64,000 nucleotides of DNA, from the NCBI RefSeq assembly GCF_902459465.1, contig NC_047083.1:9362001-9426000 (forward strand), in the 5' to 3' direction. Positions 53,201-64,000 of this stretch are shown here, piece by piece (position 1 is the stretch's first letter; every line of letters begins with the position of its first letter). The DNA is from Asterias rubens (taxonomy: Eukaryota). Below the pieces are notes generated by a model. The model saw only the letters and a list, made by a program, of their open reading frames with translations, searched no databases and was not told the DNA's origin. The translations under genes and the position numbers were made by a program.

Positions 53201-53732
53201 GTCAATTATTAGTAGCAGTGAAATTAAGTGCTCAAAATTAGTTTTTGTCGGGATCCCGACAATATATCACATGACCAATATTTATATGTTTTATAAGAAA
53301 CATTTTAAATTGTTCATGGTTTCTGATAAATTTTTTTCGTAAGAGCGCGTGATACTCTTTCAAATACCATTCACTAAATTTTATTTTTTATTGTTTAATG
53401 TTTGGGGCCCAAAATCTTACATAGCATCTTTAATCCCTAGGTTGTTGGTTTAAACCCCACTCTGGTATTGTTTTCAACCCCAAATCATTTTAAATATAAT
53501 TCAAAATTATTTTCCTTTATATGATCTAAACCCTACAGTTGTTTCTAGAGGATGTGCAACAGGGGTCGAGTGCGAGGTAACTAACTTACTCGCAAAATGC
53601 AGTAAGGGGGCGGAGGACAACTGCCAGATCTGCTGCGACACCGACAACTGCAATGGCGCCGTCGCAGCAAAGGGCTCCCTCCTGGGTCTCGCCCTGGCAC
53701 TTGTGACCGCTGCGTTCAGTAGGTACTTGTAG
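50243..53732 (+). CDS. Ly6/uPAR (three-finger) GPI-type protein 2, 121 aa, 3 exons
   Basis: Exons 50243-50291 (MKAFYAVLLLAVCVAR, phase 1), 51750-51872 (ASALKCYTCTDC...CRKTVTGG), 53539-53732 (VVSRGC...CQICCDTDNCNGAVAAKGSLLGLALALVTAAFSRYL*). All GT-AG, in frame. Exons 2 and 3 are shown in the ORF track only as antisense ORFs. Confidence 0.93.
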
Positions 53733-56386
53733 TATCTTAGGGGTCGAAGACATGCACAAGCTTAGAGTTGATGTTAGGAAGTAACCCATAATCATGTTTT
53801 GGGACTAATTATTAAAAACGATCTGGCATGACTCAAAGTCCAACAGTCCATTTCTCAAAGCTGTAAGTTAATTTTGGTGTTATCTGAAATAGTAATAATT
53901 ATAGTTGACAATCATTATAGCTAGCTCGTAAACTCAGAATCTTTACTGGACCGGAATCAAAATGAGACCACAAATTAACTTTTCATTTTAGGCATTTCTT
54001 TCAAGCAACTTAAAGGCACTCGACACAATTGTCAAAGACCAGTGTTCTCACTTGGTGTATCCCATCATAAGCATAACATAACAAGCATGTGGAAATTTGG
54101 GCTCAACTGGTCATCGAAGTTGCGAGAAAATGATGAAAGAAAAAACACCCTTGTTGGATGAATTTACTTGGATGAATAAAATACTTCCAGCTAGAAGTCT
54201 TTTAAAGGAACACGTTGCCGTTTTACTTTGCGAACTAACACAGTCGGCCATTTATGGGAGTCAAAATTTTGACTCCCATAAATGGCCGAAGGAGTGATAC
54301 TTGTGTGGATCATTATACTCTACTTTTAAAATATCTTTCTAATCATTTGCATTTTATAACGAACGGTTACAAACGCTTTTGAAAGACCAACTCGTCCGAT
54401 CCAAGACAACGTGTTCCTTTAATATTTTAGTGAGAAGTTACCTCTTTCTCAAAAAACTATGTTACTTCACAGGGAGTTGTTTCCCACAATGTTTATTAGC
54501 TCTCTAATTTTGTTAAAGTTTTTAAGTTAATATTTGTTTTTTAGTAATTACCAAACGTGTGCCTTCCCTTTAAAGGCAACCGGCTGAACCACATGCAAAA
54601 GAAACACCTTGACCCAACAACATTATATTCTTTAAGTTGTAACTATTTAATAGTATCACAAATAATAAGAATGCAAAACTGATATACAATTGAACTTTCT
54701 AGTTGGATTTGGCCAGGAGCAAGTCCCCTTTAAAATTGCCTCGTGGGACAGGCCTTTGACCAAAACAACAGGCATTCAGAAAGTCAACTCTTTGCACTCA
54801 CAACTCTACGGAAAAAAAATTACTCTATGGTTGTGTCTCAATGACAGAACAACAAACCCTTTAGCCTTCACATCGGCGGACCATAAAATGAATCCAGCCC
54901 ACGATAACAAAGTTTACAACAAATCTTTGTTTATCAAACATAAAAGTTACCCTTGGAAATAATATTGTCAGTGCACAGCAACATATTGACAATACAATAT
55001 TGGGTTATTCAAACCGATTCGCCCCCTCAATAGCGTTGTGTCACAAACGAACCAACGCCCCAACAGCAAGCGCCAGCTTTATACACAAACATTTTGGTAG
55101 GTTGAGAGAGAAAGAAAAACAAAGTCTAATGTTAAGGGTCCGATTTCCTGTAACTTCCGATTTGCCATTGTTCCTCAAATGAAATTGGTACTTAAAGGTA
55201 AACCTTTGGTAGTTCATCCAAAAGTGCATGGTACTTATAGGGGGTATGCCTTTAGCAGTTACTCAAAAAATGGTCATAACAAAACTTCCTTCGTAAGAAG
55301 CACTGCAGCTGTTGGCAAATGTTAAACATTTTTAGAAAAAACAATTCCCTTCAAAGGGATGTGGTTTTAGAGAGAGAGGGATTCAAAAGCATTTACTTAT
55401 ACACCAAGGAAGTTTTGGTAGTCTAATCTTTGTGATGTATTAACGGTAGCGATCATAACCATAAACTTTTTTGTAAACTTGCTTGAAAAGGAAGAACAAT
55501 TATTAGTAGCTAAGCAATATATTGAGGTGTTACAAATACAAGCTCCTACAGTTTTGGTGCTGTAATGCACTAGTCTTGTACTCCAGGCTGAATGAGTCTC
55601 TATGCTATTTTTAAGAACCACCCCAACTCATTTAGAGATTATTACATGGTGTTACCGCAAACTCTTCCATATGCTATTTTTACTATTTTTTACTTATTGT
55701 GCCAACTTAAAGAGTCTTTCTTTCGGATCAATTTGTTTTTGGCTCATACTGTTTTTATATCTGTATGTTGTTGTTTTAGTTGGTCTTTTAAAGACCAATT
55801 TTTTTTTGTTATCGTTGAGTGGAATCCTCAATATTAAACAACTTGTTTAGAACAAAAAAGGTCAATTTGTAAAGTTCTGTGGTGTTGTCGATCTGTAGAG
55901 TTATTTCCTGTTTATAGTTCCTCACAAAACTGTCTGCGACTATTTTGTCAGCATTTCCAATCATGTGTAATGCTATACATTGGCATACATCCAGTAAGTA
56001 CTTAAGGCCAAATAAAAAGATGCAGTTAATACCGAAACAAACACGATCCAGTTGAAATATCTCCACCTTGAGAGCCTAACAAAATGAGCCTGTTGAATGA
56101 TGTACTAGCGTAAACACAGTGTATTGCTCACAATTTAGGGGAATTCTTTAGACTGCAGCACGCAATAACTGTGTAGACATTGTGAATGCATAATACAATT
56201 TTAAAATGTTGATGTTTGTTGGTGGTTGTTTGGGCACCTCTGAAAAACAGTGTTTTAACTGAGAGGTCACCCAAGGGTAAATAATAAATGCATAATGCAT
56301 TAAATGAGGCATACAAAATACATCCAAAGTGAGACCGGATGTTGGCGTATCCGTAACTTGTCAATATCTTAGTTCATGGTGCTAGT

Positions 56387-56606
56387 TAGTCTAGGTTCCT
56401 AGACCATTGGTGTTGCGTGGTCACACACTGTAATGAACGAACGCTAGCGGGCGCTCTGTTTCTCTGATTTCCGGTGCCCGGAAATTAGAGAAACAGAGCG
56501 CCCGCCAGCGTCCGTTCATTACAAGCGTGTACAGTTTTTGCCGTGCATAATCGGAACGTTCGTTGTGTGTGACCACGCAACACCAATGGTCTAGGAACCT
56601 AGACTA
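56387..56606. mobile_element. 220 bp TIR element (42 bp TIR plus internal hairpin) with a 9 bp TSD
   Basis: TAGTCTAGGTTCCTAGACCATTGGTGTTGCGTGGTCACACAC...reverse complement. TSD GGTGCTAGT at 56378-56386 and 56607-56615. Confidence 0.9.
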
Positions 56607-57639
56607 GGTGCTAGTCGGAAGCAATACAACCGTTAGACTTGATGTCAAGTCGTTAGGCGCTGCATATTTCTAACAAAATACACATTATGCCGTTGTTCAT
56701 GAAACAGTCACAGTGCGATTATACATTCATGCAGCGGTCGTTGGTAGCGCGTGACACACGTACTGGGATCGATGATGAGTGTACCGTCCCCATGAGCCAG
56801 CCCTGAGCCAAACAAAAACATATTTTAGATTTTGCTTTGGGTACTTTCATTAGCCCTTTTGAGATATGGTTGTCACAAGAGGGCGCTGTTTGGATTTATC
56901 AGTTTTGAGTGTTGCGTGAGTTTTGAATGCGTGCTGAAAGTGAAACTTATCCTCAAAATTGAGGAAGGATTTGTATTTTTGACCTTGCAAACAATTGAGG
57001 CTGTTTTGTTAAATGTTTTTGATACTATGTGCACAGGATCCAGATTTCGAGACCTCAGATTTAGAACTTGAGTTCTCGAAATCAAGCATCTGAAAGCACA
57101 CAACTTCATGTGACAAGGGTGTTTTTTCTTTTATTATTATCTCGCAACTTCGACGACCGATCGAGCTCAAATTCTCACTGGTTTGTTATTTTATGCATAA
57201 TGTTGAGATACACCAACTGTGAAGACTAGTCTTTGACAATTACCAATAGTGTCCAGTGTCTTTAAATTTGCATCATATTTGAACACACAATCTGAGAAAC
57301 GTTTCTGACAGTAACGTGTCTCATTTTCAAAAAAAATTGGGATAGAAATTGATGTATTTTTTGTCAAAACCACATTACTTCGAATATCGCAAGATAGGGA
57401 TTTGGAATTTCTTAAAAACAATGGCGAAAACCGGACCATCATATGCAAATTTCAGATATTGCGGAAAAAAGGGACAACATATTACTTGTGTATGTAATTC
57501 ATCGTTTCTACATCAGTCTTTGGTATGTGTTCCTGCCGAATTCCCAAATTAGTGATCAGTTATACCACAATCATAGACATTCCTGCAATGTTCTCATCAT
57601 TTTTGTAAGTTTTAGAAACCGTGCATTACATACAGGTTA

Positions 57640-60600
57640 TAGACAATGGGCCGTGAGGTTAATATCTCTTTAGTTTTTCAATTCAATGACCACCATCTGG
57701 GGTGGGGGTGAAAAGTGGATAATATGGGACCCAATACCCTTCTCAGCAGCATATTTTTTTTCAAAGTCGCAAATATTGCATATGAGCGAGAACGGCTGGC
57801 TCAAAGTGTCAGTTAACATCAAGTGTATGTTATAAATTCATTACAAAAAAACCTTAGTTACTAATACAAATTCAAATGAAATTTCACCCTGAGAGCAATG
57901 TTTATTGATTTTGATGAAGGAAAACATACAAAAATAGTAGATTCTTTAAATTAGATCAATAAAATAGTGGTTTTTAAAGTAAAAAATGTAGTTCATGTTT
58001 TTTGGAACAAAACAAGAATGTATGCCTTAAACAAAAGTGAAAAACTCGCTCTAAAGGCATACAAATGTAGAATCTTTGTAAGGTGTGCTATATTATGCAA
58101 CTACAGACTGCTATGGTTAAATCTCCAACTCCAGCGGTGAGCTTTGGAGGCGTAGCCTGAGGAAAAATAGAATGCTCTGGGGGTCGCCATTGGATGCAAA
58201 GTTTCAACCACAACACTCCAAGCACTCAATATTTTTTTGTCGGCCAATAGGGGTCGAAATGTGCGCAAGAGGATGGTACACGTGTTTACACACCAATGCG
58301 CAGGTAAACATGTATACCATCCCTAACCTTAGTGCATGTTTTGACCCCTAAATTGGCCTAGACCCTCTGCAAGTGGGCTTCGCGTTATGCAATGGGTGAC
58401 ATTGAGGTTTTAAACCTGCCAAAGTACATAACCCTGTACAAATATGCCATAACAGTGGGTGGTTTTCCTTTATTGTGAGAACTAAAAAGGTTAGCCTTTT
58501 TGTGGAGTCCAATTTTTGACACAAAAATGTCAAAAGGTAAAAACGCTATAAATCTCACAATATGCATAGGCACCCCCCGCCGCCTTAGAGTTCCCCAAAT
58601 GGCATTGCAATAAGAACTTGATATACAGTATACTGTGGGGGGTTAAAGCATATTTTTTTATAGGTTTTTCGCTGTACGAGGTTGAAAAATCACTGTACGA
58701 CCCCACAGTAAACTGTATATCAGGTACTGCGGTACCGTGCCAGAATTGTGCAGTTCGTCGTTCAACATGTGATTCATGCTACTAATGCTTCAAGCACCCT
58801 GCCGCTTTGAATTCATAACATTGCATTGCAGTAAAAACTTGATACAGTATACCGTGGGGATTGAAGCAAGTTTTTTTTATAGTTTTTTTTGCTGTACGAG
58901 GTTGAAAAACCACTATTCGATCCCACAGTATACTGTATAACAGGCAGTACTGCGGTACCGCGCCAAAATTAAGCAGTTCGTCGTCCAACATGTGATTCAT
59001 GCTACAAGTGAATTCAAAGCGGGATGCTTGAGTAAAGAGCCTTGGACAATTTGCAAGATGCTGAATATTACACCATTTTCTGACTAACCTTTTTCAATTG
59101 GTAGATGATTTGTTGTTGTTAGAGGATATCAGCAGATGAATAAACAACTTTTTGTACCAGAATAACTTTAGTACTTCCTTAGGTTATTTAAATCAAACTA
59201 CATTGTACATCAAAAGAGTCCATCCACTCTATGTTAAACTTTTCTCTCCAGGATACAATGATGCAAACCAATAATGGGCCATTGGCACAACCTGCATAGT
59301 ATATTAAGTATATTTTGTTTCATTGACGCAGCACTGTAGCTTATTGATGCAAGTCTTTGTACTCACATATTTATAAAAGCAGCTTTTCAAGTCCATCTGT
59401 GCGATTCTGTAATACTATGAATAAGAAAAATAATCCCCGACACAAGTGCCTCAAAGAAACAAAATATACTTGGCTATCAAGCATATGGCCCCAGTCTCTC
59501 TACTGTAATCATAGACAGTCAAATAATTGCTCTAATCTTCTTCAGGATCAGATAACTCGTCATCTTCATCTTCATCATCGAGGTGAGCATGTCCAGTTAT
59601 ATTGTTACAGTTCTCTCTGGCACACTTACAGAGATCAATACATGAAACAGTGTTCTGCAATAAGTACAGGTGTTGGTATCGCTGCATTTGTTCTTCGTGC
59701 AACTTCCAGAACAGTTGGCAAACTCCATGACACTATCTGGTGCTGGTGGAAGGGTCATCCAATTGATGAGAAGGTTGCCATTTTCCATCTTCCATCCATG
59801 GTTAGAAGGTAGTGGGATCTCTGGAGTGGGTTGAAGGCTTCTCTTCCATATACCTGCCAAATCAAAACAATGAGTCATAATTACTAAATAGGTATTATTT
59901 GGTAAACAGTTATTCCACGAATTACATGTCTGCAAATTATTAAATTTGAGAAAAAAGGGAACATGCTAGCCACAGACGATTTCACATCTAGAGTTATTTC
60001 CTTTTTTGCCAAAACGTTCAATGTGCTATAATAAAAAATAGCTTCACACTGTTTTATGAGAGTTGATTGTGGATTTTAGGGTGATAAATTGCTTTGCCTC
60101 ATTGATGAATTCATTTCAGAATTTGAAAACAACGCATGTGTGCATTAAGTTGATAAATTGTAAACTCAATTGAAAAGTTAACCAAGAAACATTGTTTTAA
60201 AATAACAATGGCAATTGTGGATACATGTACAACGATACCAGTTGTGCGTACATGGTAAAATTTAATTATTTCGGCGTGTACAAAATGTTACAGTTTTGGC
60301 AAGACATGCTAGGGTACTACATACATGCTAAAATAAAATAATTTCTGCCATGAACAACGTATGTACCAGTTCCAGTTGTGGATTAATTTAGGGGGTTAAC
60401 CTGTTCTGACATAAAATTAAATATTTTAGCAGTTGCGGTTTGTATAATTCTAGTAAATTGTAGTAGAACTTCTACATAGTAGAAGTAGGCCTAGGCCCAC
60501 TATGCTAAAAATATAATTAATTTTAAAAGGGAAGCTTTCACAGTTTCAGTTTTAGAACAACCATATTATTATTATGATAAATAATATCTCCAAACCGTGT

Positions 60601-61608
60601 TAAAAACTGTAAGTTTAATGAAAATCTTATGATGGTGTTGACATTGTGTATTTTGTCCTACAACATGTACAACAAGCACCCAAACCCTTTGTATTATAAT
60701 TAAGTTTTTGCTTGCTGCTTGATCTGTCCTTACTCATGATTGTAGTATTGTCGTCAAATCGGAAAGACTAAAATTCCATTGGCATTAGACTATAATAGTA
60801 TACAATGTACTTGTCATGCTTGTAAAAAAATACATTTGACATACCTGTACAAGCAGAGCTGCTGGCAACCATTTCTCTGCTCTTCGTCATCCGTTGAGTT
60901 ACTCGTAAAATGTGTTGCTTGTCAGTAAATCTCGAATAACAAATGCGGTGGAATCCTGCATCGCACGGAATTGCCATCGCCGATGCAATGTTGTCGCCAT
61001 GTCTTCTCGTTTTGCTCTAGTAAGAGCGTTGAGAATATTGATCCAGATCCAGATGTCTGTTGAACTCGGCAGCATGTTTGTTGACGAAATCTTTTGCTAT
61101 TTCGGCCTGATCGCCCTCTAAATGTTGCCATTGAAGAACAAAATCTACAAAACGAGCCCATGTCTTTTACATGGGCTATTACATTACTATTGCACATGCT
61201 ATTACATTTCACTAACTTGGGTTTTTTTGGCCGGGAAAGTACACATAAACCACCGTTTCTGAAAACATTCTTCGTCGCTCGATAGAATTTCGTCCTCAGA
61301 CGAGTCGGCCAATTTGCGCTATCCCGTCCATCCTGGTGCCGACAGTAGAGCGCTTCTCATTGGTCCGTACGGACAGTGGGATTTTTGTCGGAGTTACGGC
61401 TTATCTGATTGGCTAACCATTTTAATGGAGGCTCGTGTAAAATATTGAGACGTTCTTTGTAACATTGTGAAGTCAAAAGTCGGTATCTATCTTGTGAAAA
61501 GCTATGGTAACTAAGATTTATTTTTCAATTTACTATAATGGTTGTCCGACTTCCACCCCTTTCCTGGGTCATTAACGGAAAAGATAAACTGCCAGGGCCC
61601 ATTGTCTA
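57640..61608 (-). mobile_element. Academ-like DNA transposon, internally deleted, 3,969 bp
   Basis: Perfect 13 bp terminal inverted repeats TAGACAATGGGCC (57640-57652) and GGCCCATTGTCTA (61596-61608). TTA TSD at 57637-57639 and 61609-61611; the empty site is seen near 47750. Minus-strand remnants: DAGFHRICYSRFT motif (60977-60845) and a C-terminal HGW...WMTLPPAP plus Cys cluster (59853-59532). TAG ends, a 3-4 bp TSD and a Cys-rich C-terminus match the Academ description. Confidence 0.8.
59532..59853 (-). pseudogene. Frameshifted C-terminal exon of an Academ-like transposase (Cys-rich zinc finger plus acidic tail)
   Basis: Acceptor cag at 59856-59854. Reads IWKRSLQPTPEIPLPSNHGWKMENGNLLINWMTLPPAPDSVMEFANCSGSCTKNKCSDTNTCTYC, then in another frame VSCIDLCKCARENCNNITGHAHLDDEDEDDELSDPEED*. 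Confidence 0.75.
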
Positions 61609-62556
61609 TTAGGGGGAGCACGCAATAGCGCCCACGCCCCGGATTCGACCAATCAAAATGCAGCAAGTGAAAGGACGCTGAGCCTAATAGTTTGATTGGT
61701 TGGTCTACAATTAATAAAGCTGGTGAATTTCTCATTATTTAAAGGAGATGTCTTGTACGAATGTTACCCTTGTAAAAGAAAGGAGAAAACAAAAATAGAA
61801 CTTCTATAGAAGCATGTGAAATATTATCCTCTGAAATGAAGTCATACCCATATTTGTTTCTTACAGAGTGAACTTTATAGCGTTTGTACGTTATTGTTAT
61901 TTTTTCCGGATCATGGGCTATTTTTTATTCTTTTCAGATAATACAGTTTTCTTGGATAAGACTTCATTTCAGAGGGAAACAATCCACAGTTAGAAAACAA
62001 AAATGCTTCTAGTGTGAACTTCAAACTTATTAAACAACGATCATAGTATCCTGTCCTGGGAGTAGGGTAGGCCTGAAGCCGAGTTCACGAAACGCCAGGA
62101 CAAATTAATTATGTCTAGTTAGTACGAGTGCACTCGTCCTAACTTGGGTTTTGTGCGTCCTAACGTCTATCGATACGGAACGGAACTCGTTCGAAGTCCT
62201 AAGATTAATCCTAAGTTAGGAAGAGTTTGGTGAAAACGACGGCTGCCCCTTTAAAGAGAAAGTATTACTCATACCATGGAGGAATAAATTATAATAATTT
62301 ATTCCTCCATGTTCATATACCAACGCATACAGATCGTGAACCTGGCATTGAAATTGAGCAGGCATAAATCTGCGACTTTCACTCAACAAGACGACCTCGA
62401 CAGTGCACTGTGCAAAACCAAGTGTAAAAAACCCTCCTGATTCTATACAACCTGACACAAAAACCAGACAGTTTGCAGTCAAAACTACCTCAGTTTCGTC
62501 GAGGAATTGCAGTGGACTTTTTCAGTGATACTTTGTACGTACATTCTCAGTTGAAA

Positions 62557-62605
62557 ATGAAGGCATTTTGCGCGGTTCTTCTGCTGGCTGTGTGTGTAGC
62601 ACGAG
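62557..62605 (+). CDS. Ly6/uPAR protein 3 (recent duplicate of protein 2), signal-peptide exon only; the rest is beyond the window
   Basis: ATG AAG GCA TTT TGC GCG...CGA G|gtatgt differs from 50243-50291 only by TAC>TGC (Y5C). The flanking promoter and intron align to 49500-51550. Confidence 0.8.
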
Positions 62606-64000
62606 GTATGTTTTTCATTTGAATAACGAGTAGCCATTTTGTGTGCAGTATTATTTGGGTGTGGTAATTTAGGAAAAATTGTTACGTTATTTTTCTCTCT
62701 TTTTTTTCTGGATGTATATATGCGGTAACCCTTCTTCTCAGGTAAGGAAAAAAATTCAGTGGTTTTGGAGTTAATTAACGGCGGATAAATTGGTGGCGAC
62801 GTCCGGAAGATTATCCGTAATTTATGTTAGGATACTATACTGCACGCCTCACTGGTGATGGGCTTCGCATCATATGAAGTAGGAATGACTCACCATAGTA
62901 GCCAGTATATTTAGGGTGGTTCTGGAAATTTCAGTCCCTTGATGCTTCACAAAGACAGAGGCCCTTTTCGAAACGACGGCTTCGGCTTTGGATTCGGGCT
63001 TACATGGCGGCTTAAGGCTCCGTATTATCGACTGAATTGCGTGCACGCAAAGAACGTGCAAAATTGTTTTAAAACAAACGGGCGGGGCCCAGCCCGAGCC
63101 GAATCCAAAACCGAAGCCGTGGTTTCGAAAGGGCCTATGAGCTAATAAATGCAAATCAATCATAGTTGCTAATTAAAGTGTGATGTCACTATACAAATCA
63201 ATATGGCATTACTGACAACATGTCTTGGGATGTATTGCTTTGTGAAACCGGCCCCTGTGCCCAATTTCATAGATAGAACTGTTAGTGTTTAGCAGAAAAT
63301 ACTGCGTGACAAATTTCTTTGTTAAGCAAAAGGACGGCTTTGTGGAGGTGCTGGTCACACGTTTCTCCTTGCAACTAACTGGCTTGGTATTTTTTATCTA
63401 TTTTGTTTCATCTTTATTTATCGTTTTTTTAATTTTATGCCAGGACACTATTGGTAATTATACTCAAAATAATTATTAGCACAAATCGGGAAATCCATTA
63501 CCAATAGTGTCCAGTGTCTTTAAAAACTAAAACTAAACTAAACTAAAAGTTGAGTGGGGCTCCAGTGTCAACAATCAAACCTTATTTTAAATTTTGCCTG
63601 GTAACCTGTTTCTGCTAAGCAATACTTTTCTTTGCTGAGCAAGTTTTTGAGCCTGTACAGGCTTTATGAAATTAGGCCCCATTGTGACCCCTCCCTAGGA
63701 AGCAACTTTAAATAATTATAACACACCTCTTGCTTGTTCTGTTTTCTGGTTGCCTGAAACAAGGTCACGTGGGGTGAACTAACACTAGTGCCTAAAAAGT
63801 GTTTTAAAACTGTGCCTGGTTACATCGACCTCTCTTGACGTGAACCATGAACAGCAACTAAATAACTTTCTTTCTTTTCCAAATTTCTTTTCTTATTTCA
63901 CATTTAAGACAGAGCTTTGTTATAAAACAAATATTGACTGGGATAATTCAGTAACTAGTGCATATCTATTCCCCCGAGGGCCTTTGAGTGACCCGAAGAG

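Larger units (their letters stand above)
47200..57045 (+). repeat. Tandem segmental duplication unit 1 (~9.85 kb, contains Ly6 gene 2); unit 2 runs from ~57045 to beyond 64000
   Basis: 47210-47750 aligns to 57065-57635, 47755-47985 to 61610-61803, and 49505-51550 to 61802-64000. The ATG-to-ATG offset of 12,314 fits 9.85 kb + Academ insertion - 1.52 kb deletion. Confidence 0.85.

Noticed and set aside
53586-53795. Minus-strand 69 aa ORF (likewise 51548-52030 and 41000-41191)
   Set aside because: Antisense shadows of Ly6 coding exons on the plus strand.

Overview
AT-rich, intron-containing metazoan genomic DNA, not prokaryotic. The gene content suggests a marine invertebrate deuterostome, plausibly an echinoderm such as a sea star; this is inference only. 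I assembled seven genes by hand from splice sites, and the ORF track misses or misreads most of them. Minus strand: two tandem TSPAN4/9-type tetraspanins (64-2821, partial; 9904-15733, complete, 240 aa) and the RNA polymerase subunit POLR2L/RPB10 (30431-31361). Plus strand: an intronless secreted PAN/apple + fibrinogen-C-terminal protein (35279-36265) and three GPI-type Ly6/uPAR genes (38737-41140; 50243-53732; a third copy starting at 62557 and running off the window). Highlights: (i) POLR2L sits next to TSPAN4-like genes, as at human 11p15.5, suggesting ancient microsynteny; (ii) an expanding array of 12-cysteine Ly6 genes arose through a ~9.85 kb tandem duplication; (iii) a 3,969 bp Academ-like DNA transposon (TAG...CTA ends, TTA TSD) has its empty site visible in the other duplicate. 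The rest is dense in non-autonomous DNA elements (TTAA-flanked Kolobok-like, Harbinger-like, and 9 bp-TSD foldbacks), CR1 and RTE LINE tails, and local tandem repeats, two of which duplicate splice sites. There is no CRISPR array, rRNA or intact tRNA. All calls are from manual reading; no database searches were run.
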